A stretch of 64,000 nt of DNA from Sphagnum compactum (Eukaryota): NCBI GenBank assembly GCA_965153455.1, contig OZ234493.1, forward strand, positions 434,001-498,000. Direction: 5' to 3'. How positions within the stretch are numbered: the first letter of the stretch is position 1; the number at the start of each line of letters is the position of its first letter. Shown here piece by piece: positions 37,633 through 51,935 of this stretch. Below the pieces are notes generated by a model that did no database searches, was not told the origin of the DNA, and saw nothing but the letters and a program-made list of their open reading frames with translations. The translations under genes were made by a program, and so were the position numbers.

Positions 37633-38287
37633 ATTCAAGAATTAAAAGTAAGTGCCCATGCTATGTAACGAAATTTGAATTTTGGATTCATTAGCTAGCA
37701 CATACTCTTTTTATTTTTATAATGTAGTTTAAAAAAATATTGACATTAAATAAAGTGTTGTTGGGTATGAGTGTTGAGCTAATTGCTGAACTTTCTTCAA
37801 TTGATTGGCTTACATAATAACTTTGTTGATCACTTGAAAGTGTAGAAGCTTGGTTTGGGTCATAATCAAATTCAAGCAATGTTGTTAAGGAAACGAGTTT
37901 GTCATGGAATGTAAACATGACAAATTTTCTTGGGGAGGCAAGGATACAAAAACCAAGCATTGAACAGGTTAAGTTTAGTCCATGTCAAACTTGTCTTTGA
38001 TCTCAATGAACTGCAATTCATACATAGCCTTGAAATGAAAATTGTGTTAAATCATGCAAGTTTGGTGAACTTTTTCTAATGTTAAAAGTTTGTGGCATTA
38101 TGTTTTCCAAATTGTATCATGAGTCCCTGTCTTACCACTCATATAACTTTTACTTAGTACTCAAGGGCCTTGGCCTCTAGTATTTAGTACTTAAAATCCT
38201 CTTCCATAAGTTGAAGTCTAGTTCTCACCACTTGCACACATGATTCAAGACTTTGAATTCTAGTCTTAGCACTTTTACAATTTTCTA

Positions 38288-38685
38288 ATTTAGCACTAAA
38301 GTCCTTGGTTTAGCATTGTTCAAGTCATTAAGTGCAATTGGGTAAAGTTTTCTTCTCACCACTTACTTACACCACTCTTTACTTTGCTAGACTTAACATG
38401 TAGAATGTGTATTTTAGCACTAGAGTGCTTGGTTTAGCATTGTTAAGTCATTGTGTAATTAAGTAGATCCTTTTCTCACCACTTACTTACACCACTCTTC
38501 ACTTTGGGTGCTAGACTTAACATGTAAAATGTGTATTTTAGCAATAAAGTTCTTGGTTTAGCAATGCTAAGTCATTGTGTGATTAGGTGAAGTCCTTTTG
38601 TCACCACTTACCTACACCACTCTTTACTTTGGGTGCTAGACTTAACATGTAGAATTTATATATTTTAACACTAAAGTCATTGGTC
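38288..38685. repeat. Three ~125-bp tandem repeats
   Basis: ttagcactaaag..cttggtttagca...tcaccacttac.tacaccactctt.acttt...gctagacttaacatgta repeated. Confidence 0.9.
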
Positions 38686-39838
38686 TTATAATACAATGCA
38701 GCATTTGCCATTGCAAAATTTCATACTTCGTTCTTAGATAATCAACCCTAAGTTAGTTGTGTCCCTATAATATTATTCAGTGTTCTTTGTCCATCCAAGT
38801 TGCCTTGCTTTAGAACATGAACTTGAATTAGTTTTTGGAAAAAGCTTGAACTCATTATGTTTTTTAAAAACACACATATTTGTAGTTACACAGCTGTGAA
38901 GCCAGCAGCCCAATGGAAAGAGACTTTTAGTCTGATACATTTGTGTCAAGATACAAGATGAGAGATTGGTGATGATGTTCTTCAATGTACTAATATTTTA
39001 AGTTACTTGTACATGTATTTTTGATCAATAGTACGTTTATCCATCTTGTACATGTGTCAATTTTCACTAAGATCGAAATTTTGAATGCAAAGTTTATTGT
39101 GATCTTTGTTGAAAAGGGTGACTCTTTGTCAAATCTGTTTTGATGGGTTTTTGCCTTCCAAATTCAAGACTTGTTTGAGTATGGTAAAGCCACAAGGTGG
39201 GAACATTTCAGAATTATAAAGCACAAAATGAGCAAATCCCAGTCTACAGGTCTAGACCCACCTTCAGAGAAGGTTCCCCACCTGTGGGCCTTATACCATC
39301 TTAAACAAATGAACCATAAGCCTAAACATAAGTAGGTCACAAGGCAGTAGGATTGAGAGGCACCTTTACACCTACAAATAGGCCTAAGGTGCCTCCTTTT
39401 CTGAGGAGGCATTACTAGGGTACAGGTTTCCATGATCTCCCAACCACCCATGAATAGAATAGTGGGAAATCAATTCTAGTGGGCCAGTGTCTCAACTGTC
39501 TGAGTGGGAGGTAATACAAATAAGGCCAGGGCAAAATGACAACCATGTGGGGAAGTTACTTGGACAAAAAATGGTGGATGATTGATCACTTTGTTTCTTG
39601 TTTCCCTTGCCATAGAATTTTTTGGGTAAAGAATTTTGCAATATGTATGTTGATGGTGTTGGACCAACACCAGCATTGCAATAGCCATTTCCAGGGTCTC
39701 TCAAGAAGGTGCACATCGCATCTTAGGTTTGAACTTTGATCCCAAGACCACTCTATTATGGATTAATGATATTATCTTGACCTACTACCTCCCACAGTAC
39801 CCCCTTTTGAAAACCCAATCTCAAAAAAAAACACAATA

Positions 39839-40262
39839 CCGTAGTGCCACGAAAGGTTCGGGCGGGCTGTAACGATCAATTTAATTAATCTTGAGGAAAT
39901 TTTTTGGAAAAGGTCCATCAGTGCTGCAGGAAATGCATTGTTTTCAAGGAAAGGTCCAGTAATCTGCCAAAAAGGTCCATTACAGGTCCAAGCCAATTTC
40001 CACTTTTTCATGAATTCCTGAATGTTCTGGACCAGCCAGAACGAAGCTTTGACATAGCGAGTGAAGAACTGCTGGCAGATCAATGACCCTTGTGAGAAGG
40101 TTCGTTATACGCGCGACAGCGCGAAGCTTTTTTTGGCGCCAAAAGGTCCGCTTTTGGAGGAAAACGTTCGTTACAGAAGTTCAAAAGTCATTTATTTGCC
40201 CAATAAAGGATCGTTTCAGCCTCCAGCCCGAATTCATTAACGAACCTTTCGTGGCACTACGG
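39839..40262. mobile_element. Tc1/mariner-type MITE (424 bp), TA TSD
   Basis: Perfect 22-bp TIR CCGTAGTGCCACGAAAGGTTCG ... CGAACCTTTCGTGGCACTACGG; TA at 39837-39838 and 40263-40264. Confidence 0.9.
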
Positions 40263-41699
40263 TATTTCACCATTAATTGGAGCCTTTTTCATTCACTGTA
40301 TTCCCAATGGCTGTTGCCCATGTCCTCAAATAAAGTTGCAATTGCATAGTAGGTGAGTGGAAGACATGGAAACTTACCCTTACTATACGTACAAGGTGCC
40401 CTCCAAATACATCACACTATGAAAATTCTCAGATTCACTTAACCCACCAGATTCTGTGAGATTTTATAAAACTGTCCGGACTTTTGGGAGCAGACTAATT
40501 GTGAGATTTTGCAAGCGACCTGGCAGATAGGGACAGTGGTGAGCAAAGTTGGAATTCGCTGGTATTCATTCACGCCAGGGCCACTTTTAGGGTACTTTCC
40601 TTCCTCAATTTCAGGGAGCTAAAAAGACTTGAAACTTTCCAGCAGATTCTCCAGGAAAAAACGTCCAGCACCCATTTATGAATCAAATATAGGCCTGCCG
40701 GCGCAAGCTTGCCGGGTCTTGCATCCAGCCGCCTCATGAATTTATGCACACGCGATCAAAACTTGCAGAACCATGCAATGTGCTCATTTGGGGATGTTCC
40801 ACAGTGTACACGCTCATGCTGGACCTCACCTAACCTCCCCTGGTCTTACATCACATGACTACATGACTAAAATTTTTAGCCAGATCCACGCCACATGGAA
40901 GAGAACCCCAGGCATACAAGCTGCTGCTGGGCTCCAGTACTTTTGGGGTAAAAATGCAAAAACCCAGGACTTGAAAGTTCAAACTAGATGTTATTGAATT
41001 CAATCACAAAGTTTTGACAATCACCCTTTACTTAGGACTTCTTTCTTTTCATTACTCTGCTCTGATCATATTATGTTTTGTCAACCAGCCTTATTCACAG
41101 TCATCTGAAAGCTCTCCCAGCCAAGCATTGACCAATTATAGGATCTTTGTGAATTAAAGTGTGACTCATCTTGTAATGACATTTGTCCTTTTTAATGAAA
41201 ATATGTGTTCCGAGAGTTCCAGACATGATTAATTACACAATTTCAAAGCACTCGCAGCTCTCCAATGGAAAGGTACTGTCCCAGTGACTTTCCATTAGGC
41301 TGCTGGGATCAAAACTGTGTGTAACTGCGATCACAGCAGTCTAATATAAGGAGTCCCTTCGTCAATCGAGTCAACCCGCCGGCAGGGCCAGTACTAGGAA
41401 TTCTCCACTTTGCTTTGATTGGACAGATTTCATTTTTACCCTTGTTTTTGGGGATGCTCAGAGCTCTGCTTCCACTTTGTACACTTGCAGCTGTTGAAAT
41501 TGTTTCCCGGGAAACGCTGCCTCCACTTTGTCTGTTGCTCTTGTTTTGGGGAAACACTTCAAGCTTTGTCTTGTAGCTGTTGCTGTTTTGTGCCAAACTG
41601 CACTGTTCCCACTTTGTCTTCCATGAGTTGTTGCTATCTTGATTATAAGCAAGACGTCCCACTCCACTAATCATTACAAAATCACTCGATCTCTAACAC

Positions 41700-41880
41700 T
41701 TTCCTCTCACATTGCTGGAGCTAAATTGCTAATTAGTGGCAGAACAGCAACACTTGACTTATAGAATCCACACATAATTTTTCCAGCAACAAAGCTGTTT
41801 CCTCTCGCACTGCTGGAGCTAAATTGCTGATTGGTCCTAGAAACAGCAACACTTAACTTATATAGAATCCACACTTAATT
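41700..41880. repeat. Local duplication of ~80 bp (period ~98)
   Basis: ttcctctc.ca.tgctggagctaaattgct...acagcaacactt.actta..tagaatccacac occurs twice. Confidence 0.85.
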
Positions 41881-43107
41881 GTTCCTGCTTCTTTTGCCAC
41901 ATTGAACTTTCCGATATTACATCACTTACTGGACTGTGCTGTGAGAGGCTATTTGCATGATAATACTAATATGGTGTAACCAAAAAGATGGGCATACCAG
42001 TTTCCCCAAGAACACATTGACTACACAACAACAACACAGCATCAGCTTTATACTCAAAGCTCACAGCCTCAAGAATTTATCCGGCAAATTTCCAATGTTA
42101 CACAATCATGAAAGATGGATGTTCCATAGTTATCAGATCTACTAGATATAGGTCTACAAGGGTCAGACAGCTCCGATTTCATTCTCTTGAGCATCAACTG
42201 ACCACATTGGCACATCAGGAGTTTCCCTCAACACCAACTCACCCATAATAACAACAGTTGTAGCAGAATACCCCAATGTTACTTACACAACTGTCACACT
42301 GGAAAGTGCCACTGGAACCCTTACAAATAACAAACTACACTCCAAGAAATCACATGAAGCTCAATCTTAGAATACAGAAGTCCCCACTCGTTCTGCAGAA
42401 CAAACTCAGGAAGTTTGACAAATGCTGCCACAGTGCCCATACTGGAATAGTTCTACAGAACCCAGCTGAACACTTCAAGCACACATTCAGAGGTCTCAGA
42501 CTTCTGGGTAATCTCTTCCTTCATCCAAAACACTTAAAACCCCCATCACAATGCTCACTCACACATACTCCTTTGCCAATAGGGTCGCTCACGAAATCCC
42601 TAGTTCTTTCATCATTCCCCTTATCATTGACCTATGTCTGTAAAGCTACCCAGCTTCTTCCTAAGAGGTCTACAGCGCAGCGGAAAGAACAATAACAACC
42701 TCCCAGAAAGACAAACCAGATCCTTATTTCGGGCATTCATCCCTTCATCCCATTCTGAATGCCATCTATACAATGCCAAAAAAAAGAAAAACAACACAAA
42801 ACCAGCCAGCTCAATGCTTAGCTTCAAATTCACTGAGTCCTTTTGTAGTTGCTCTGCCTCCCTTGCTCCACAGCTCGCACAACTCTCCTCCATTCAAAAG
42901 TAAAACAACAAACATTATACTCATCCCTAGATTTTAGCACTCTATTCAAAATAAACCTATCATCACATCAAAGCTTCCTCCAAGAAACTTTTCTGTGAAT
43001 GACAATACGACAAAACAGAAGACGGTTTTCAGCGCCATGACAATAACAGAAATCAGGCTGTCCACACAGTAACCCTAAGAACTTCTCATCCATACTTTTC
43101 TGTTACA

Positions 43108-43757
43108 ATGGCTCAGACAGGCCTGTCCGGTGCCCCAGGATGTGAATTGATTTCTGGAAACCAATTTATGGAAGATGATTACAGCTCTGATCATGGCAAT
43201 ACTGTTCCAACCAGTACTCTTAATGGCACTTCAGAGGGGCTGCTCACAAAATTGCCTATCCGAATATCTACAAAATCTGTGCATGGATCAAAGCGCGGGA
43301 GATGTTACGGGTTCATAACGCCTTCTGCACTCGCCACACCGAGAGACACGACGTTCAGCTCGGTAGACAGCCAAGACTGGAATTCGTCCAATCCTGCAGT
43401 GGGTGCTACCCACTCTCCCGTGAGATCTCCATCGCGGTGCAATGCCAAAGGATGACTGACAGACTCGGGGTTGAGGATTCTACAGCAGTGGCTCAGCTTC
43501 GCAACATCGCCTTAGCGGCCGAAGATCGTAGCGAGACGCATGCGATCATCGGTGTCCAATGAGTTAACTGGAACAAGCACTGAAACTGCGCGGGTTAGTA
43601 TGCAGAGACGGAGCAAGATATCCAAAGCACGATGAGCGTACCTGTTTGCCAAAGAGAAGACGGAGAATCGAACCACCAAAAGATTGCACTGCAACTGGGT
43701 CGGCGTGACCAGATGCCATTGTTTTCATCGGAGGAAAAGACTGCTGGCAAGCTCTTC
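43108..43757 (+). pseudogene. Inverted pseudogene paralog of the 26194-27558 gene with a ~0.7-kb internal deletion
   Basis: LISGNQF...PIRISTKSVHGSKR...PSALATPR; 1-nt deletion at about 43454; CGA>TGA at 43560; NWNK joined directly to NCAG*YAE at about 43582; ends EEKTAGKLF. Confidence 0.92.
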
Positions 43758-45198
43758 TTGCGTCCCGCTCAGCTCCATCGTAAACCCTATATGGGCCCAT
43801 TTAGGGTTCAGGGTTTAGGGTGTAAAGTCCACTTTTGTTTGAGTAATTGGAGTTTAGCCGATTTTTTGAACAGCTGTTTGTGCTAAATCCCTCTCTGTTC
43901 AGCTGGTTGTTTACGAAATTCTTAGTGCTCATAGCTTGCTCGTATTGCGTGTAGTTGTGCAGCACTAAAATCCCAAGACATCAGTGTTTTTCAATGAAGT
44001 TTGCTTGACTGTGAACTGATGTAACAATGCCCTCTCCTTCTTTCGAAACTAGTCGCCAAGGGGGTTGTTGTAAATATCTTTCACACTAAAGGTCATCAAC
44101 CAGTTTTTCTGCAATGCGTTAACCCAAGTGATGATTTTGGAGATTATTTCTTATGGTGTTTCTGAGATTCTGCTTTTAAAATTCTGAAAATTTTACCACA
44201 TTTTGAACCATCTAGTTAGAGATGCAAATGTAGAAGGATACAAAAACCTTTCTACTTAATGTCTTTTTCATGTTAGACAAATGTGTACATCTTGTTATGG
44301 ATGATCTCCATTTACTCTGGATGGCAAAAAAATTGAAGAAAAAAGAGTACTCAAAAGAGCTTCAACCTTGTCTGCTTGCAGATTATTGAGCATTGACCCA
44401 TGATTCTCCCCAAGATGGAAGATTAACTGAAACTCTGCATCAATTAACACTCTGTGAAAACTCGGATACTACTGATGAATGTGTAGTCAAGGCTTGTTTA
44501 TAAATTGTAGATGGAAACTGAAAGGAGGTGCAGTCTCCCCATGTGTTCATTTTAAATGGTATACATCATTCAAATGTCGGGATATTGATGCATCACATGC
44601 ATAGTTACCAAATACACAGGCTGAACTCCTGAATATACATGTCGTACCCATATTCATGGCCAGTGTACACAAATGTGAGCATATACATACTATGGAATGG
44701 TCAAAGACCGGCCCATTATGTTGGGTAAGGCATCAGGTGAGCCCATTTGGCCTAGTCAGGTAACAAACCCAACATAATGAGACCATTACATGACATTAAG
44801 GTCTGGGGTGACAGATTCAATGAGATTTATGAAAATTGTGTTTGACAGACACATTTTGGTCATTGTTATGAGTGTATGATCATCATCAGAAGATTATTTC
44901 ATGTAATGCAATCAAGAAAATGACATACTCTCCCACCCCAGACCATAATCTGTGACAGAATACACCTCTTCATTTTTTGAGGTCAAAATTTAGGAAAAGT
45001 TCACCAGAAAGAAAGAAAGAAAGAAAGAAAAATACTTCCCATACCTGGTTACTACGATCCCATGATACATACCAGTGTTGGTCTGGTACCATACCTATGA
45101 CTGATGTTCAGCACAAATTAATTCATAAATGTCTTTGTTGAAAAGACTAAAACATGTACTGCTTCTTGCTGAAATCCCTGGAATTCGAACCCTGATCC

Positions 45199-45531
45199 CA
45201 GTGCTTTTTTTCAATTTTCATATGTTGCACCAAAAGTGGCAATCAGCCATAAGAGGATTAAACCAAATGTGACTATATTTAGAAGTAGAAAATCTAGGAA
45301 TCTTATTACATGTTGCTGAACACTGGAGCCTATTAGCTAAATATAGCAATTTCAAAAGAAGAAAGCTAGAAATCTGCCCAAATCCTCAAATTTTTTTGGT
45401 GATTTCCATAACTTACTTTCTTGAAATGTGATGATTTTCTTGAAAACTTTCCAAAAAGTTCCCTTGACCATGTCGTTTGGAACTGTGTTTTCCAGCAAAA
45501 TGACAAATTTTAGCCACGAAAAAATGCACTG
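45199..45531. mobile_element. hAT-type MITE with 8-bp TSD
   Basis: CAGTGCTTTTTT ... AAAAAATGCACTG; flanks CCTGATCC / CCTCATCC (7 of 8 identical). Confidence 0.85.
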
Positions 45532-48500
45532 CCTCATCCTCTTCCAGGCTTTACAAATACAAAACACATGGAGCACATTTTATACTAATTTCTTAACTGC
45601 AGAAATTTCAAATATTAAAATTGAGATTATTGAACGTGGTTTTCTCAAATAAATAAATATTTGGACATCACCCTGTCGAACATCAGTTGTAAGTACTGTA
45701 TTGTCTTTTGAACATACCAGCTGCTCCTAGTATTAAGGTTTTAAAAAAATTCATTATTCATCCCATGTGGGTACTAGCATTGGGTCTTCTTAAACTTTCA
45801 TATACAGTTTGGTCTTGGTAGGAGGCCCATAACTGTTTTTGGGCTGTGGTATATGGCAGGTGCATAACTAATGTTGAGACTGGTATATAACTGGTAGAAG
45901 GCTGGTATTACCTTAGCTCATACCAGATTGGTAGGGTCCAGTGTTTTTTTATGGCAAATTTTTGCACTCTGCTGACAAAAAAAATGTTGCTCAAATCCAA
46001 CAAAGGGATTTGGATGGTGAAATCAAGGCCAAGTGACCAAGAATCTATGCCCTAAAAGGCACTAGTAGCTTTGTGCTTGATCAATGTTGAATGTGAAGTG
46101 TCGTCTTCATTAACTCACCTGGTCATTGGGTTGCCAAATGCATATCCCTTGCTGCCTCTCCATCACAACTACATTGTGTCTCAACTTGTTGCCATTGCCA
46201 ATAGTATTTTGAGCTTTCAATAGTAGATCATTACTAGTAATGTGAGCTATGTACAAGAGACCCCCCACTAGTATGGTGGCATGGATTCTATTTATATGGT
46301 GACAGATGCATTAAGGATATGGTTCAAATTGGGAAAGGAAGTAGTTCCAACGGCAACAAATCTAAAGTTTTTTTTGCAAAGTACAAGCTCAAGGATGGAG
46401 CTTTGATTTTTAAAAGTTTGCTTTAATGTGGATTCCCATTTCAATTTTGAATTTTCCATTCTTGTATCTATTGTTGTCGTTTGTTTCTTGCATTGGATAT
46501 CTTTGTTTTTGGTATTTTGAAGGGTGGCATTTGAGAATGGCACAACATGCAATGGAGTGGAAAGGATGAATTGGGGAGGAACAATGCAAGTTGCAAGTTG
46601 CAAGGGCTTTCATTTTTATTATTTTTTGACTTGTTGAGCTTTGAAAAAAAAGTTCCTTCTTCTTGCCAAGTGTGATTGTGTGCGTCAAATGCATGTCAAC
46701 CTAGTTTTACTATGGTAGAAGGCCGAAATTAAATGTTGTTTTTCATTTGAAAATCCAACTCAACCAAGTTTTAAATTTGTGTTTTTCAAATCACAAATAA
46801 AGATTATGTGTTTGCACTTTGCACCTTGAGTTACTCTTCTGTGTCTACAAACAATCAACTTTGCACACACCTTGGGACCTTTAGTTAATTTGCACATGAC
46901 TATTGTTTAGGCACCATGAGCTTCATGCAATTTATTTTTTTGGTGTTGCATGCTTTTGTTTTTATGAATCATTCACTTTTAGCTTTGGTTTTGACACACA
47001 TTTGTTGCAAGGACCTTACCAAGGGTTTTTAAAAAATTCTCCAAGTATGTTGGTTGGCTACCATGTGGTTCTAGTGGCATCCCAAGGTGGCTTTTTTCTA
47101 TGGGTTGGTGATTTTAATTGGTTAAATAAAAATTATTTAGCTTCAAAATGTGGCTAATCGAAATAGACTTAATTCATAAACTAGTGGTAAAAATTGAATG
47201 ATTGTTTTAGGTTGAAATGGTATTGAAATTTTATCACACTTAAATACAAGGGGCTATTAGATGTGTGGAAGGTCAAAAAGAGGCATAAAAACTTGAATAC
47301 AATAGCTTATGTGGTTACCAAAGAGTATGAAGAATAAATGTCAATAGACGGTGAAAGGTTGATGAAAGAATTGATTAATTAGTTTATTTGAACTTTGAAA
47401 ACCATCATTTTTTTTACTATGGGTTTGTAAAGAGCGTTGAGTTTGGAGGAGAAACTGTTAATATGATAACAACAAGATCACAATGTCACCAATCACCCAT
47501 TTGTCTATCAACACACACAACATTTAAGTTGCAATTTGTCATATTCAACGGGAAATATGTTTGAATTTCACAAATATTTTTTTGTATCATGTTGGGCATA
47601 ATCTTTTTGCACTCACAAAATTAAAAAGTAAAAAACCCATCTTCACACCTAAAATAACAATAATCAAATTTAAATTGTGTGGAGAAAGACAAACAAACAA
47701 ACCAAGGAAATAATAGAGCCGAAAGAAAGAAAGAGAGAGAAAACATACAATGATAACCTAATATCCAAACATGTAAAGAATATTAATGGCTCTTGTCAAT
47801 ATATGGCACTTTTGCAATTGGCACATTGTGTACCACATTTGGAATCTGAAAACAACACAAAAAATTTAAATTTTTGAACAAACTTTGCATTGAACCATTT
47901 CCATTTTCCCATCCTTTGGACAAACATGTTTTGACCATGAAAATCTTTTAGCTCAACATTCTTGGTAAACCCAATCAATCCCATTCAACCTTCCTCTCAT
48001 CTTTGGTTCAATAATTGTAGGCTCATGAAAAACTTCAATAGTAGTTGTGGGTGTGAATTCATCCACCATCAAACCCTTTCCCTTTGAAGACACAAATTTT
48101 ATAGTTGTAGGAAGAGGCTCAATAATGTTCAATTGCAACCTAGCAAAAGACATAGGAGGTGTGAAAGGTCTATACAATCTCTTACAATAAGTGTAATGGG
48201 ATATGTAGAATTTACTAACATGAGATTGCTAAAACTAGGATTGACAAATGTGAAAAAAATGAGGTGATGGTGACTTTTCACACGTGTAAATGATTATGCA
48301 TTAATATTTTGGTTTACAATTAAAAATTAATTTAAAAGAAAAAGTTTTTATGAATAACTAAACATGTTTTTTCATAATTATTTCTTGCACATGTCACATG
48401 TGCATACAACTATAAATTTTGAGCCTAATGAATGTAAACCACTAATCAAATGGTATAAAAATAATCAAACTTTCCCTTTAGCACTTTGTTTCAAAATTTC

Positions 48501-51500
48501 AAGCTTTTAAAATTTTGATATGAATTAGTTTTTCATCAAGTTCACCCAATGAACATGCATATTAAAGGAAAACATGTGCTTTTGTTATAGGAAAACTTGA
48601 AATCAATAGCATGATTTTATGCATTCTTTTTACATTCCTTGATAATAAAATACTGTAATATGAAACCTTAAATTGATTAAAGATTCAAAAAGATTTTTTC
48701 AATGTTTAATACATTATTGGATATTTTTCTTTACTTATTATTTCAATACTCTGAATATAAAAACAAAATATTACACCATACTTATAGTACACTAAACACT
48801 AAAAAATTCAAAATTATCCTTTATAATCCTTTTTTTGTTAGACATTTTTAGAACCCTAGCTGTGAATGAGCCCTTTTATCTTAACCAGTCAACTCAACAC
48901 TAGTGTTTAGTGTGAACCATCAATTGAAAATAACTCGTGTGAACCCGTTGTGGGGTGGATGGTTCTATGCTTTTATCCTTACACTTTCTCTTTTTGGTGC
49001 TAGACCATGGTTCTTTGTGAAAGAAATAAGAATTTTGTTTTGTTTGAGATTTTTGAATGTTGAGTGCATGAACAAAAGGATATTTTATGTTGATATGAAA
49101 TTAATTACTTGCATTGCTTTGTTCTCGAAGGAAACCAAAAAAGGATCATGCATACATCAAGCAAGCTTGCAAGCACACAACATACCACCAGTCATAGAAA
49201 ATCAATGTTTCTTGAATTACAGAAAGATGTTCATATATTATTATGATCAATTGTTGCAATGGTACCTCATCAAATTGCATTGATGACATCAAAAGTGATG
49301 AACGAGCACCAAATTCAAAACAAGATGAATTGCATATGGTTTCCATGCCTAGCATGCATGGTCCAATATATCCTACATAATTTAAGTCTTCTAAGGAATT
49401 TTTTTGTGCAGCGATTGTCCATAAGAAGATTTAGCCAAATCTGGCTATAAACCAGAAATAAAATACAAATCTTTAATCATCAGTTTATTGTTGGTTACAC
49501 GATCAAAACCAAATATACAAATCTGGTGATTAAATTTTTTTAATTTTTAATTTCTTTTTGGTGAAATTTCATCAGGAAGAAAACTGCTTTGACAGTCCAC
49601 TAATTGGGATTGCAAGTGCAAGGTACTTACAATGGGTGCTACATGGGTCAGTAGCCAATATTCATTCCACTGTGCAATGTTATATTATGTCTTCTTCAAA
49701 TGCATTATAATTTAGGTGTTCTACAATTATCTGGAAGCATACATTTTAATGTGTACCATCTGGTTCTTATAAAATATGGTTTTGGGAAAACACCATAAGC
49801 AATAAAGAGTATGTTGTAATTTCGAAAGCCTACTATTTTTGTTTCTTTTCAGATTCAACTAGTTATTTGCAGTGTAAAATTACATATTACAAAGCTTTGA
49901 CAAAATGTTCTATACGCTTGTAAAATTATTATAACTTCCAATTTTACATTTGGTTGATGAATGTGAATGGTTGGTACATAGCTCTTAACCGCCATGGTGA
50001 GCTGTAGGATGGGAATACAATGAAAATCTGTTTCCTGTCCACACACCATCCATTATGCAGCATGGGGTGCATGGTGTGCTGGTGCTAGATCACTGTGGCC
50101 TCTGAAACAGGGAGTCAGTTCTTACTTTTGAGATTTATTTAATGAGAGCAGGTCCACCCGGAGCAGAAGAATGGCGTGTACTTTGGATGAATTACAGCCT
50201 TAGCAGGAATACCTTATCATAAGGTCAGTTTCGTCATTAAATAATCCTCAAAATAGTGAAATGAAACTTTGTGAAAATATGAAGTTGACATGTTCAAAAT
50301 CATCATAATTATCATAGCTACAATGTGGATAATTTCATCACTCATATCGTAATATTAAAGTAGATGATGGAAAAAAATATAATTTTAAAACTAAAAAACG
50401 AATTCATTTTTTGAAAAAAAAATGAAATTCATGTTGTCAATGTGGAAACTGGCCCAAGGCCATGGTATGGGTTTGGACTAGTGTTGAACTGGTATTGAGT
50501 ACTTTCAAAAAACTTTCATGCCAGCCTGATGTCGGTCTTAGGCTCAATGCTGACTTTGCCTGGCATATGTCAGGTATAAACGTATGTCAGGTACCATACC
50601 AGATTGATAACTAGTATGAGGCCTCAGGTCATACTCTACTCCTATGTTTTTCAATATGAATACTCATGTCAGTACTGTATACCCAGGTTGCACCCTACAT
50701 ATCTATATACCTGTACAACACTGGTTTGGACCAATAATTTGCACCTGACACAGAGGTGTCCCACTCAGCGCACTAAAAAATGTTAATTGGCCAGCCATTA
50801 CGATTGGCTCAACATTTTACGCACAAGGTTCGACAGTAGTTAAAGTAGTTGTAGTAGTCGTACAGGTAGGAGCAATGAAAATATATGTAGCACCAGTGGA
50901 GGCGCTCAGGAAAAAGGAAAGAGGGGATGAAACTCAATTCACCACCCAAATGATGATGAAACCCTGCCCAACTCCATAAAAAGAAAGCACCCAAGAAAGG
51001 GAGAGAAAAGGAAACTAGGGGCAAGGACCAAAGTCCAGGGCAGCAAACCACCCAGAGGTGGGCCACAGAGAGGAGGGCCACACAGAGGAAAGGGGAATCA
51101 TTAAGTATAGAAACCTCCGTCAGTTTGCATCCGTCAGTTTGCATGAAGCATATCAACTAAAGAAAGGGGAGGTAAAATGGTGGAATTAGTTTGGGTCTGA
51201 GTTATTTCGTATTACAAAATTTCATTCCCAGTTAGGCATTTGATGCCATATTATGCCGAAACTGCCATATTATGCAAAAACTGGTCGTTTTCGCCCCCTA
51301 ATAGCCTGACCTTTGGGATAACTTTAAGATATTAATTGTTTTTCAGCTGTCTGACTTTGAGAGTCCTAGCAAGACAAATAATAGTTTGGTTTGGCAGGCT
51401 TTCCACCCCGCATCCATTACTGACTCTGGTGGTCAGGCAGAGTCAGGAAGAGACTGATTACTGAACCATGCTGAGTTTCATTTGGTCCCACAATTTGAGA

Positions 51501-51646
51501 ATTGTTCACACGCTAAAATCATGTTCTGATCTGAATCATTCAGGGGTTTTCTAAACATTAGAAATATCCATTTGGTGGACTAAATCACTATCTCCAAGTT
51601 CAACATTTTTCACATTAATGTGCTATTATTAGTGACCTCCTTGAAC

Positions 51647-51935
51647 CAGTGATATTTTTTTCAACATTCTGGTGTTGTGTGTCTTTGGACTGCATCCCAA
51701 GAGGAATTTAGCATTAATTGTTGACAAGTTTTTAGAACATGTCTAAATATATAGTAAGAGAACTAGTTATAAAAACGCTACCAAAGAGTGTAAATGTGGT
51801 GAAATTTTTCTTTAAAACATTTTGGTCAAAATTTGGTGTTTTTGTCAGAAACAATGAGTATATTGCAACAGAAAGTTATCTTTCTACTTATATTTTTCAC
51901 ATTTTTGCAAACTGTCTCACCCAAAAAAAATGCTG
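51647..51935. mobile_element. Degenerate hAT-type MITE
   Basis: CAGTGATATTTTTT ... AAAAAAAATGCTG; flanks CCTTGAAC / ATTGGAAC. Confidence 0.5.

Noticed and set aside
41309-42903. Short ORFs upstream of the 43-kb pseudogene
   Set aside because: No recognisable motif or consistent exon structure; may be a decayed gene or TE but cannot be called.
45073-50722. CAGTGTTG...CAACACTG pair as ends of one large hAT element, with decayed coding-like sequence inside
   Set aside because: Flanking 8-mers do not match and the TIR similarity is only about 8 bp; the interior could not be assigned to a family.
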